Origin: Octopus sinensis
Taxonomy: Eukaryota
Assembly (NCBI RefSeq): GCF_006345805.1
Contig: NC_042997.1
Span: 123,938,001-124,002,000, forward strand
Direction of reading: 5' to 3'
Length of the DNA stretch: 64,000 nt
This document shows, one piece after another, positions 1 through 11,761 of this stretch. The notes beneath the pieces are model-generated. The model was not told the origin of the DNA. It saw nothing but the letters and a program-made list of their open reading frames with translations, and did not search any database. The first letter of the stretch is position 1. Each line of letters opens with the position of its first letter. The translations under genes and the position numbers were made by a program.

Positions 1-90
1 TATATATATATATATATATATATACAGACAGACAAGGACATATTTTGATATGTGAGAATGTCAAAATATTGGACGCTCAGGAAAGAAGGG

Positions 91-133
<43 letters not shown>

Positions 134-313
134 ATTAGGGCTTAGTAAAATAAATTACTTTGCCACATACTGAACTTAGTAGAAATAGCAGCCAAAAAAA
201 TTTTCTTAGCATTTCTACTACTTAAAGAAAATTTCTCTCAGATAATGTTTACTCCAGACAACTCACGAAGGTTTGGAGGTAAATACAGAAAAATATCACA
301 AGTACATAGATCG

Positions 314-376
314 TTTGAGTACGTCAACGTTTCAAGATTAGCCAAATAAAATCAGCATTTCTTTCGTCAGCTCAAA
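314..376 (-). ncRNA. Type I hammerhead ribozyme (array unit 1)
   Basis: Minus strand reads TTTGAG-CTGACGA-AAGA...TCTT-GAAA-CGTTGACG-TA-CTCAAA: stem I TTTGAG/CTCAAA, intact CUGANGA and GAAA core, stem II AAGA/TCTT, short stem III ACGT/ACGT, GUA cleavage triplet. Confidence 0.85.
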
Positions 377-878
377 ATTTCTTAATTTGGATTTGGAAAC
401 ACTAAAAAGAAGGAACTTTACCTATCAGCGAACTTGTCGCTTCAGATGAACCACTCCAACTAAACAGTGTCAACAAATTCAAAATGCGCAGGCGTAAATC
501 TCTGCACTCCCCATTCCACCCACGTGGTCTATCTAGCAAACACTATATTTTAACCGCGAGAACCGAGGCAGTATGACCGAGAGAAATGAATTATAATATC
601 AACAATTGAGGGTAAAATTAATTAATTAATCAATTTCACCAAGTGTTCAGTATGTAAAAGGACCATTTAAGGCGAATTCAAAATATTACATTATATAATT
701 AGGGCTTAGTAAAATAAATTACTTTGCCACATACTGAACTTAGTAGAAATAGCAGCCGAAAAAAATTTTCTTAGCATTTCTGCTACTTAAAGAAAATTTC
801 TCTCAGATAATGTTTACTCCAGACAGCTCACGAAGGTTTGGAGGTAAATACAGAAAAATATCACAAGTACATAGATCG

Positions 879-941
879 TTTGAGTACGTCAACGTTTCAA
901 GATTAGCCAAATGAAATCAGCATTTCTTTCGTCAGCTCAAA
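879..941 (-). ncRNA. Type I hammerhead ribozyme (array unit 2)
   Basis: Same motif as unit 1 with core intact; one change in the stem II loop. Confidence 0.85.
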
Positions 942-1442
942 ATTTCTTAATTTGGATTTGGAAACACTAAAAAGAAGGAACTTTACCTATCAGCGAACTT
1001 GTCGCTTCAGATGAACCACTCCAACTAAACAGTGTCAACAAATTCAAAATGCGCAGGCGTAAATCTCTGCACTCCCCATTCCACCCACGTGGTCTATCTA
1101 GCAAACACTATATTTTAACCACGAGAACCGCGGCAGTATGACCGAGAGAAATGAATTATAATATCAACAATTGAGGGTAAAATTAATTAATTAATCAATT
1201 TCACCAAGTGTTCAGTATGTAAAAGGACCATTTAAGGCGAATTCAAAATATTACATTATATAATTAGGGCTTAGTAAAATAAATTACTTTGCCACATACT
1301 GAACTTAGTAGAAATAGCAGCCAAAAAAATTTTCTTAGCATTTCTACTACTTAAAGAAAATTTCTCTCAGATAATGTTTACTCCAGACAACTCACGAAGG
1401 TTTGGAGGTAAATACAGAAAAATATCACAAGTACATAGATCG

Positions 1443-1505
1443 TTTGAGTACGTCAACGTTTCAAGATTGGCCAAATATAATCAGCATTTCTTTCGTCAGC
1501 TCAAA
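1443..1505 (-). ncRNA. Type I hammerhead ribozyme (array unit 3)
   Basis: Same motif with core intact; two changes in the stem II loop. Confidence 0.85.
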
Positions 1506-2008
1506 ATTTCTTAATTTGGATTTGGAAACACTAAAAAGGAGGAACTTTACCTATCAGCGAACTTGTCGCTTCAGATGAACCACTCCAACTAAACAGTGTC
1601 AACAAATTCAAAATGCGCAGGCGTAAATCTCTGCACTCCCCATTCCACCCACGTGGTCTATCTAGCAAACACTATATTTTAACCGCGAGAACCGAGGCAG
1701 TATGACCGAGAGAAATGAATTATAATATCAACAATTGAGGGTAAAATTAATTAATTAATCAATTTCACCAAGTGTTCAGGATGTAAAAGGACCATTTAAG
1801 GCGAATTCAAAATATTACATTATATAATTAGGGCTTAGTAAAATAAATTACTTTGCCACATACTGAACTTAGTAGAAATAGCAGCCAAAAAAATTTTTTG
1901 TTAGCATTTCTACTACTTAAAGAAAATTTCTCTCAGATAATGTTTACTCCAGACAACTCACGAAGGTTTGGAGGTAAATGCAGAAAAATATCACAAGTAC
2001 ATAGATCG

Positions 2009-2071
2009 TTTGAGTACGTCAAAGTTTCAAGATTAGCCAAATAAAATCAGCATTTCTTTCGTCAGCTCAAA
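2009..2071 (-). ncRNA. Type I hammerhead ribozyme (array unit 4), stem III mismatch
   Basis: Core intact, but C>A at 2023 breaks one stem III pair. Confidence 0.7.
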
Positions 2072-2889
2072 ATTTCTTAATTTGGATTTGGAAACACTAA
2101 AAAGGAGGAACTTTACCTATCAGCGAACTTGTCGCTTCAGATGAACCACTCCAACTAAACAGTGTCAACAAATTCAAAATGCGCAGGCGTAAATCTCTGC
2201 ACTCCCCATTCCACCCACGTGGTCTATCTAGCAAACACTATATTTTAACCGCGAGAACCGAGGCAGTATGACCGAGAGAAATGAATTATAATATCAACAA
2301 TTGAGGGTAAAATTAATTAATTAATCAATTTCACCAAGTGTTCAGGATGTAAAAGGACCATTTAAGGCGAATTCAAAATATTACATTATATAATTAGGGC
2401 TTAGTAAAATAAATTACTTTGCCACATACTGAACTTAGTAGAAATAGCAGCCAAAAAAAATTTTCTTAGCATTTCTACTACTTAAAGAAAATTTCTCTCA
2501 GATAATGTTTACTCCAGACAGCTCACGAAGGTTTGGAGGTAAATACAGAAAAATATCACAAGTACATAGATCGTTTGAGTACGTCAACGTTCGCCTTAAA
2601 TGGTCCTTTTACGTACTGAACACTTGGTAAAATTGATTAATTAATTAATTTTACCCTCAATTGTTGATATTATAATTCATTTCTCTCGGTCATACTGCCT
2701 CGGTTCTCGCGGTTAAAATATAGTGTTTGCTAGATAGACCACGTGGGTGGAATGGGGAGTGCAGAGATTTACGCCTGCGCATTTTGAATTTTTTGACACT
2801 GTTTAGTTGGAGTGATTCATCTGAAGCGACAAGTTCGCTGATAGGTAAAGTTCCTTCTTTTTAGTGTTTCCAAATCCAAATTAAGAAAT

Positions 2890-2952
2890 TTTGAGCTGAC
2901 GAAAGAAACGCTGATTTCATTTGGCTAATCTTGAAACGTTGACGTACTCAAA
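2890..2952 (+). ncRNA. Type I hammerhead ribozyme (inverted arm)
   Basis: TTTGAG(2890)-CTGACGA(2896)-AAGA..TCTT-GAAA(2933)-CGTTGACG-TA(2945)-CTCAAA on the plus strand. Confidence 0.85.
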
Positions 2953-3238
2953 CGATCTATGTACTTGTGATATTTTTCTGTATTTACCTCCAAACCTTCG
3001 TGAGCTGTCTGGAGTAAACATTATCTGAGAGAAATTTTCTTTAAGTAGTAGAAATGCTAAGAAAAATTTTTTTGGCTGCTATTTCTACTAAGTTCAGTAT
3101 GTGGCAAAGTAATTTATTTTACTAAGCCCTAATTATATAATGTAATATTTTGAATTCGCCTTAAATGGTCCTTTTACATACTGAACACTTGGTGAAATTG
3201 ATTAATTAATTAATTTTACCCTCAATTGTTTATATATG

Positions 3239-3297
<59 letters not shown>

Positions 3298-3299
<2 letters not shown>

Positions 3300-3587
3300 A
3301 GGCGCAAAGGCCCAGTGGTTAGGGCAGCGGACTCGCGGTCGTAGGATCGCGGTTTCGATTCCCAGACCGGGCGTTGTGTGTGTTTATTGATCGAAAACAC
3401 CTAAAAGCTCCACAATGCTCCGACAGGGGGGGGATCCCTGCTGTACTCTTTCACCACTCTTTCTCTCTTTCTTTTGTTGGCCTGCTCGCTTAGCCAGCGG
3501 GGTGGCGTCATTCGAAGGCTAAAACAATGCGACGCATTGTGACCAGCGATGTGTAGCAACATCTGATGGTCTGGTCGGTCACGTGAT

Positions 3588-3594
<7 letters not shown>
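3298..3594 (+). mobile_element. tRNA-derived SINE (family B)
   Basis: A-box-like AGGCCCAGTGG, B-box GGTTTCGATTCC, body ending TCACGTGATCACGTGA then (TA)n; second copy at 3647. Confidence 0.8.
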
Positions 3595-3631
<37 letters not shown>

Positions 3632-3646
3632 TACGTGTGTGTGTGT

Positions 3647-3914
3647 GGAGGCGCAATGGCCCAGTGGCTAGGGCAGCGGACCCGCCGTTTTAGGATCGCG
3701 GTTTCGATTCCCAGACCGGGCGTTGTGAGTGTTTATTGAGCGAAAATATCTAAAGCTCCGCGAGGCCCTGCCAGGGGAAGGGGCAATCTATGCTGTACTC
3801 TTTCGCCGCAATTTTCTCTCACTCTTTCTTCAGCGGGGTGGCGTCATTTGGAGGTTAAAACAATGCGATATGTAACAACATCTGATAGCCTGGTCGGTCA
3901 AGGTTATCAAGGTG
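3647..3914 (+). mobile_element. tRNA-derived SINE (family B), more diverged copy
   Basis: Aligns to 3298-3594 with internal deletions. Confidence 0.8.
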
Positions 3915-4970
3915 ATTTATAAACTATTCAATTCTCTTATATAAATCACATCAGTGCTATAGTTTAAAAATAGACGAAATTCTGTGTGAAACGACGGCTG
4001 GATTGTAAAAAAAAATTCAAATGCCTAGATATTATGCACGTGAGCGTTAACTTTTCATCTATATAACAATTACAATTAAAAAACAACAAAATTATAACGG
4101 GCACAATGGATTCTACAACTCTCGAAATATATGTCTATATATCCCAAATAATATTAATCCAGAGTCGATTAACCTTTGTCTAGCATAATAACAAACAACA
4201 ACAATATATAGCAATATATAGGTATATAAATTAAGTATCAGGGTCTTACTTACTCTAGAGAATGTAATAAAACGTTTTAAAAAATGTATATGACAATATA
4301 CTATTATAATGTATAAGAACTCTTTCCTTTATAATAATGTATAAGAACTCTGTCCTTTATTTACAGTTATTGCTATTTGAAAAATTGTTGAAAGTAACCG
4401 ACAAAAAATGATCTTTATTTAGTTTATCAAAGAGAGAATTCCGTAAAAAATATGAAGAGTAATCAAACAAAAATATTCTTTATTTACTTAATTTATTGGA
4501 GAGAGCATTCCGTAATATATAAACTTAGAGCTACAATAACTACAACCTATATTATCCCATAGATATAGGATTACGCTATAATAATGGATATCGAAATATT
4601 ACTAGTTTTTCAGAAATAATCAGATTTGAAGTTACTGAAATGAGGATTATTCACAGTTACTAACAATTAGATGTCCCTATATTTCTATATTATGTAAGGA
4701 AGAACTCAGTAAATAAAAATTTATATAAACAAAACAAGTATATCGATAAATATAATTTATATTATTCTATTTTTTATATAGAGGATTATAAATAGTATAT
4801 ATCAAAATGTTATTAATTCTTTCAGAAGTAACAAAACAATATTGTTGTAATAAGAATACAAGTTATAAATTCTACAATGCTATGATTATTATTCTGGTTG
4901 TTAAATTTAGATAGTAAGTAACATAAAACTATTCATTTATTATTATTGTTATTATTAATATTATTATTAT

Positions 4971-5503
4971 TGAGTGAGAGAGCAGTTCATGCCATCAAAG
5001 TGACACTGGGGTAAAATATACGAAGCCCAATATACCCATCATGACTACCCGTCTGATAAAGGTACACCAGGCACATGCATCACAACCATATGTGCGTGAC
5101 ATGGTGATCTCATATCAAGATAAACAGCACATGGCCTTGCAGGTGGGGCCCAGTTCAGGTTGAGTAGCCCATCCCGCTCAAACGGTCCCTGAATAAGGGT
5201 TGTTTAAGGATGTTGAAAGAACCACCCATGTTTCCAGAGGTGAACTATTCAAACCCCAAAGAATCCCTCTCAACACATGGCTATGATGCTCCCCCACTAC
5301 TTCTGCTCGTGATCAGAGATGCACATATCGTCAGCCACTAAGGGACATGCTCAACTGATTAAGGTCAAACAACTGACAAGCAAATCTGTGGTATTGAGCA
5401 GAATATTTGCTGTAGCCCATCTTTTATACAAAGACAAAACAATGTACATGATAACACTTCCAATCAGTTAAGATCAGAAGCCATGAGAGCCACTGCCTGG
5501 TAC

Positions 5504-5504
<1 letters not shown>
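4971..5504. mobile_element. ~530-bp non-coding interspersed repeat embedded in (TTA)n
   Basis: GC-richer block bounded on both sides by (TTA)n. Recalled as a common Octopus repeat; not verifiable within this window. Confidence 0.6.
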
Positions 5505-5538
<34 letters not shown>

Positions 5539-5547
5539 GTTATTATT

Positions 5548-5583
<36 letters not shown>

Positions 5584-5605
5584 ATTATTATTATTATTAT
5601 TATTG

Positions 5606-5643
<38 letters not shown>

Positions 5644-6012
5644 GCTTATCCACCACATGGTTCCGGGTTCCTACCCACTGCGTGGCACCGTAGGCGAGTG
5701 CCTTCTACTATATCCTCGGGCCGACCAAAGCCTTCTAAAGGTTTTTCGTAGACGGAAACCGAAAGAAGCCTGTCGTATATATGTATAATATATATATGTA
5801 TATATATGTGTGTATGTATGTTGGTGTGTCTGTGTCCCCCGAACATCGCTTGACAACCGATGGTGGTGTGTTTACGTCCCCGTAACTTAGCGTTTCGGCA
5901 AAAGGGTCCGATAGAATAAGTACTAGGCTTCCAAAGAATAAGTCCTGGCGTTGATTGGCTCGAGTAAAGGCGGTGATCCAGCATGGCCGCAGTCAAATCA
6001 CTAAAACAAGTA
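5644..6012 (+). mobile_element. SINE family A (internal microsatellite, Octopus-type)
   Basis: CATGGTTCCGGGTTC..GGGCCGACCAAAGCC..GAAAGAAGCC-(TA)n-..CAGCATGGCCGCAGTCAAAT; homologous to copies at 11.8, 23.4, 26.7 and 53.4 kb. Confidence 0.85.
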
Positions 6013-6049
6013 ATAGTGAAAGAGAAAAAGAGAATTATTATTATTATTA

Positions 6050-6087
<38 letters not shown>

Positions 6088-6390
6088 GTTTTTGTTGTTG
6101 TTGCTGTTGTTGTCGTTGTTGTTGTTGTTTTTGTTTTTGTTGATATTATTATTATCAACATCAATTAATTAATAAATTAAATGAATATATGTTGTAATTA
6201 ATATTAAATTACTGATATAATGATGTATTTTACAGTAACTACAATTATTTGCACTAGAAAATTCTGAATTAATCCACTAAAAAATCACTTTTCCAAATTC
6301 AACATTATTATATAGACTAAGATGACAAAACTTAAAGATATATATACACATACCAACACACACACACACCAACACACATACACACACGCT

Positions 6391-6431
<41 letters not shown>

Positions 6432-6592
6432 TCACATATTCATATACACACGCGTATATATATACACAAATACATATATATGCTCACACATAAATACATA
6501 TATATACACACACACCCGTGTATATACCTATACACAGATTTCTAGAGCCATATACACAGATGTACAAACCTACATACATATATACATACATA

Positions 6593-6657
<65 letters not shown>

Positions 6658-6665
6658 TATATATG

Positions 6666-7490
6666 GAGAATTCACGAAAAGAACAAAAGACGGAAACATG
6701 TGGTGTAGACAACAAACAGATGTATTAGTTTAACGCTCGGGAAGTGAATAAGTCTTTAACACTTCGAGCCTACGCTCTTCTAGAGAAAGGAACACATAAA
6801 TGAAACAAGGATAAAAAAATAAAGAATGTGTAGTGGCTACAGATCTATCATGGCGAATGCCGGACAGAGGGGTCATACTGGAGAGCTAGGTAGAAGGGGA
6901 GAGAATAAAGTAATGGTGATCCCAAAACGAAGATGTGAGTGCGTGCGTATAAGAGTACGTATGTGCGTGTGGAAGAGTGCTGGTGACCTTGACGTATGCA
7001 TGTGTGTATGTGTAGGTGTGTGTATTTGGGGCTGGGAAGGGGTCAGTGCTAGTGTGATGTGATGTGATGTGGTGTTGTGTGGTCTTGGGGGTGTATAGTG
7101 TAGTGGTGTGTAGTGTGCTGTATGGTGTTGGAAGGTGGGGAAGGCGAATGTGGGGAACGTAAGGTGGGGTGTGGATTAGGGGGTAGAGGTGGGTTATGTG
7201 GGTAGGCTGAGGGTGGGAGTATAGTTGGGGTATGTGGGTAGGATATGGGTGGGGGAAGAGGTCGGGTATGTGGGAGTGGTTGTGAGGGATGTTGTGGGTG
7301 GCATGTGTCGTGTAGGGAAGGTTATGTTGTATTGTGCAAGCGTGGGATGGGGTGAATATGAAGGGGGAAGGGAGAAGGTGAGTAGGAGTGGAGAGAAGAA
7401 GTAGGAGACGGAGGAAGACAGAAGAGGTGGGTGGGAGGAAGTAGGTGTGATGGGGACAGAGGAGTGGGTCTATGAAGAGAGGAGGACAGT

Positions 7491-7495
<5 letters not shown>
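6666..7495. mobile_element. Decayed Penelope-like terminal repeat plus purine/GT-rich tract
   Basis: Begins GGAGAATTC after (TA)n. Minus strand 6757-6786 has a degenerate hammerhead, CTAGAA-GAGC-GTAG-GCTC-GAAG. A strand-asymmetric low-complexity tract follows. Confidence 0.45.
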
Positions 7496-7526
<31 letters not shown>

Positions 7527-7824
7527 CTAATATTAGTTTCATTCGTTGTGAGCATGCCTGACAGTATTTTTTAACCCGTCTAGTGTATCAGTAAGATATT
7601 CAGGCACTGCTGACATGGAATACGAAGCTGGTATATATATGCACAAATATTGTGTCTATAACCAGCTGGAAACTATGTTTTCTGGGGCTTTGCAACAGTA
7701 ACAATCGTCACTGACAGCTACGTTATGTTGGCAAATAGTCTTTACTTTAAAGGACTCTTACTGATAATTACTCCTTGAGAGTTACAGAAACTATACTACG
7801 TCTATATATATAAATATGCCCTTG

Positions 7825-8330
7825 TCGGTCTGTCTGGAAGTCAAATCTCAGAGAATTTTTTGCCGTCCCCATTGCCGATGTATGTTTGTATCAAACAACC
7901 GTTACGGCTTATTGGTACTTCCGGCATAGTAGTCAGTGAAGGTTTTAGGCTACTTTGTCGTGTCTTTGCTTATACTCTTTCTGGGCAGGACTTTCACAAG
8001 AAGTAACAATATGATTCACGTTTTCGATCCTTTTCCTACACATTCTGCAGAGTTTCGTTGCACTTGCATGTTATATATCACTTTTTACTGAGTTTGTATT
8101 CAATGCCTGATCCTGGGCAGCGATGTTCAGGCTTTAATTCCATTTTTTTTAGATCACACTTGCTGAGCCACCCCCATGATGCTTGCTAGTCTCTTAATTT
8201 GTTCGTTTCACGGCGGAACTGACCGTGTTTCTTCTCTTGGCTATCGGGATTCATCTATAAAACATTAAAAGTCAGTGTGAATCTTGTTTGCTTACTTGCG
8301 ATGTTACCAAGCCAAACCGACGCATAATGG
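7825..8330 (-). mobile_element. Dong/R4-clade non-LTR retrotransposon fragment (CCHC plus start of RLE endonuclease)
   Basis: Frameshifted translation WGWLSKCDLKK..IAAQDQALNTNSVKSDI*..CRMCRKRIENVNHIVTSCESPAQKEYKQRHDKVA*..KIL*D..QTD, the typical R4/Dong C-terminus. Confidence 0.85.
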
Positions 8331-8880
8331 GAAAATACTATGAATAAAATTTTCCTTGAAATGTTAATACAAAAGGAATATAGTAAGTAGATTTGAAGAT
8401 ATTTGAGGATTTTGGGTGCAAAACGGTGCATAATGGGGAAAATATTCCGAAAATAAACTTCATCCTGAAAGGGAAGAAACGCTTATCTTTCTGGTAGACT
8501 CGGTGACTTGACAACGAAAAAATAAAATGTGTTTTTTACAGTAAATATTTCTATTATTGCTTTTATTAAACACATTATTTTAATCATTGAGAAATATTTT
8601 AAGTGAATGTGATTTCAAAAATGTAAGGTGTTTGTACATTAAGTATTTATATTTTAGCTTTCTTTTAAACAGAATATATTAATGTTCTTTTAACTTATTT
8701 TCAACTGAATATCATAAAAATATATTTGGCATATTAAAAAACTATTTTAAAACAAAAAATGACTTTAAAAATACGGTAAATATTTCGTAAAAGACCCTTC
8801 TTAACCTCTGATTTTTTTGAGTGCATTCAACGTATATCACCTCCAAAGATGTGTTTCCTATTGCTAGCACACCCTACTAC

Positions 8881-9106
8881 CATGTAACAGCTATTGGCGA
8901 TAAAGGACCCGAAATACCTGTTACGTGATAGCCGGGCGTGCAAGAAATAGCAGCCGGATCTTTTCTTTTCCGGGGAAAGGAGCCGTTTACGGGTGATTTC
9001 GATGTCACTTTCATGCGAAATCACCTGGAAAAGAACACGAAACAAAACTCCATTGCTGGGAAACTCAGTGTTTCCCGGTAACCCAAAGGGTTACGGATAG
9101 TTTAGC
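8881..9106 (+). repeat. Hairpin-rich GC-richer element ending in an (ATT)n tail (probable SINE or LINE 3' end)
   Basis: Five short stems in ~225 bp, directly followed by (ATT)n/(ATC)n. Confidence 0.4.
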
Positions 9107-9166
<60 letters not shown>

Positions 9167-9371
9167 CATCATCATCATCAGCAGCAGCAGCTGCATCATC
9201 ATCATCATCATCATCATCAACATCAGCTCTGCATGCACAAATTGGATATTTGGAATCTTAAATAAAGATTTACATGTCACAATACACATAATTATCTGCA
9301 TGTGTATTTATATAGATGTCTGTGTGAGTGTACTTATACATATAAATGTGTGTGCGTATATATATATATAC

Positions 9372-9416
<45 letters not shown>

Positions 9417-10864
9417 TGAGTGTCCATGTTTGTCTGCATGTTTGTTAAAATATATATGTGCTTGTCTGTACACTGTCTACTTTTATAAATCTATCCTTTT
9501 TTATGTGTCTGTATATATAAATTTATTCATGATGGAAATAGAATTTTACACATAATTGACTATTTCTTGTTACCAAAAATTTCAATTCACAACACCGTAA
9601 TGGTATTTATTTACATTAATTGAGACATTTATCCCAAAACGCTGAATAATTTTCTCTCGTTCATTTTACTGCCATTAGCACTTTATTCAATATAATTATC
9701 ACGAGAAAAATTTAAATAACGAAACTGTCCCTTAATAGACGATGTATGCATTGAGGACTTCATATTTCAATTATTTCATTTTCACAACACATCGGCATTC
9801 GGAATTGAATACCAAAACCAAATGGGTATAATATTTAAATTATTTCGAAAGCAATATCAATCCTTAAAACATATAAAATCATTGTTTATATACATACATA
9901 CATATATGCACGCGCGCATGTGTATATGCGGTAGCGATCTATAAGACCTGATGTATTGATATACTTAAATTCCTACTCGTAGATGCAAACACATTGGGTT
10001 CGAGCTATAAAAATGTTTTCGGAGCTTGCTCCTCTGTCTTCTTAGACTTGGATACATTGTAATATTTCAGATATTTAGTTTCATTTAAATCCATATGTAA
10101 TCTTTTATGTCATGGGTATCTTTGTTTAAATGTAGACTTTCCATCATATACACCACCTCTTTTTTTTATTTTAAGATTCTATAGCCAGGAATATGTTATT
10201 ATTCAATGCGAGATTCCTTTTGTTTCACAGTTGAGTGTCCTTCGAGTGAAATTTGTCACGTAGAAATAGTTTGCCCGTTATTTATAACATGGCCATTATA
10301 CTTCAGTAAATTGTTGTATTAAATTTTAGTGGCAGGTAGCCGTGCAGCAAATATCCTGGCACTCGAAGTGGAATTGAATGTTAAATTATGGTTTCTTGAA
10401 CAATGTTTATTGAACGAGCTAACGGGAAAGCCTTTGCGTAATCGTTTTAACGGATAGAAATAGTAACAAACCTCCTTAAATTATACCATCATTTACATGG
10501 TGGCTTCGATCATAATTCCTATGATGATAAAAGCAACACCTTGGCAAGTATATTTTATAAAACATTTGGCGTTGAAGAAGGTAAGTGAGGTCTTAGGCAG
10601 AACGCATATTGCAGAAGATGACTTGGCAATTTCAAATGCGCCCGTTATGCCTCTTATGCGTGTCCCTCATTAGCAGCACTTATTCATATCATGTAACTCA
10701 GTTACATGCTGCTGAATATTTCCATAACAAAACTTTACCAACCATGTATAATGCACCCAAATTAAACGCAGTAATTACTAATACGTAGTTAAGACCAGAT
10801 GTAATTGAGGTAAAATTAGAGAGCACCTATTACATTGAAACTATCGCTAAACCCGTAACTCTCT

Positions 10865-10898
10865 ATCTACTTATCCCTCTATCTATCTCTATCTATCC

Positions 10899-10991
<93 letters not shown>

Positions 10992-10992
10992 A
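10865..10992. repeat. (CTAT)n microsatellite
   Basis: Visible in the sequence. Confidence 0.95.
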
Positions 10993-11162
10993 TATGTATG
11001 TATGTATGTATTACATACATATAAGAAGGATGACCACTAAGTTGACATCCATTAAGCTAGAAGTCGATCCCTATCGTCTTACCACTAAGAAAGGAATGTT
11101 CTCAAGAAAATTTAGCAAATGCAAGAACGTAAGCGAGCAAGACAAGGAAAAGATACAATATA

Positions 11163-11305
<143 letters not shown>

Positions 11306-11761
11306 TAGTCTTTGTCAGTGTTCCGCTCATATAGGTAACGAATTGTCTAGCAGAAAACTGTCACTAGTGCTTTGTAGGATTAGGAAGCTGTATTGCTAGA
11401 CCCACATTATTTAGAAATACAATTATGCTTGCTACTGTTACTATGCGAAAAAGAATAGGTAAAACGAGAATGTTTTACCCTACTTGTATGACATATTAAA
11501 TATTGAGAGTGTCATATCTCACACACAATATCACAAAACGTCTCAGGGATTGTGGAGAAAAAGCTAAATTGAAACATATATGAATATATACACAGGTACG
11601 CGTACACAAATGACATATATATGTATGTATACTTGTTATTATTCAGTTTTATTTGAAAAATTTTTACCAATAGAGAAAGAACTGATTTCTAACGAAGCTC
11701 CAAGGCCCCTTCACTGGAATTTCAAAATTAGCAACTGGGTATTTTTGTAAGTATATTTCTA

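Larger units (their letters stand above)
127..3230. repeat. ~565-bp tandem array (units start 127, 691, 1256, 1820, 2386) followed by an inverted arm (~2590-3230); ribozyme-bearing retrozyme/Penelope pLTR-like repeat
   Basis: Units about 98-99% identical and 564-566 bp long. Sequence from ~2590 is the reverse complement of the unit. (TA)n flanks on both sides. Confidence 0.95.

Noticed and set aside
127-2590. Array as CRISPR or plain satellite; ORF 1853-2044
   Set aside because: There is no repeat-spacer alternation and the context is eukaryotic. The ORF uses a non-ATG start and is interrupted in other units.
3298-3370. tRNA-like heads here and at other SINEs called as tRNA genes
   Set aside because: A and B boxes are present but there is no complete cloverleaf, and each continues into a SINE body.
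8943-8955. AGAAATAGCAGCC shared with the 565-bp unit
   Set aside because: A 13-nt match with no extended alignment; cannot support a relationship.
10570-10590. Perfect splice donor GAAG|GTAAGT
   Set aside because: No supporting acceptor or recognisable upstream coding sequence; expected by chance in 64 kb.
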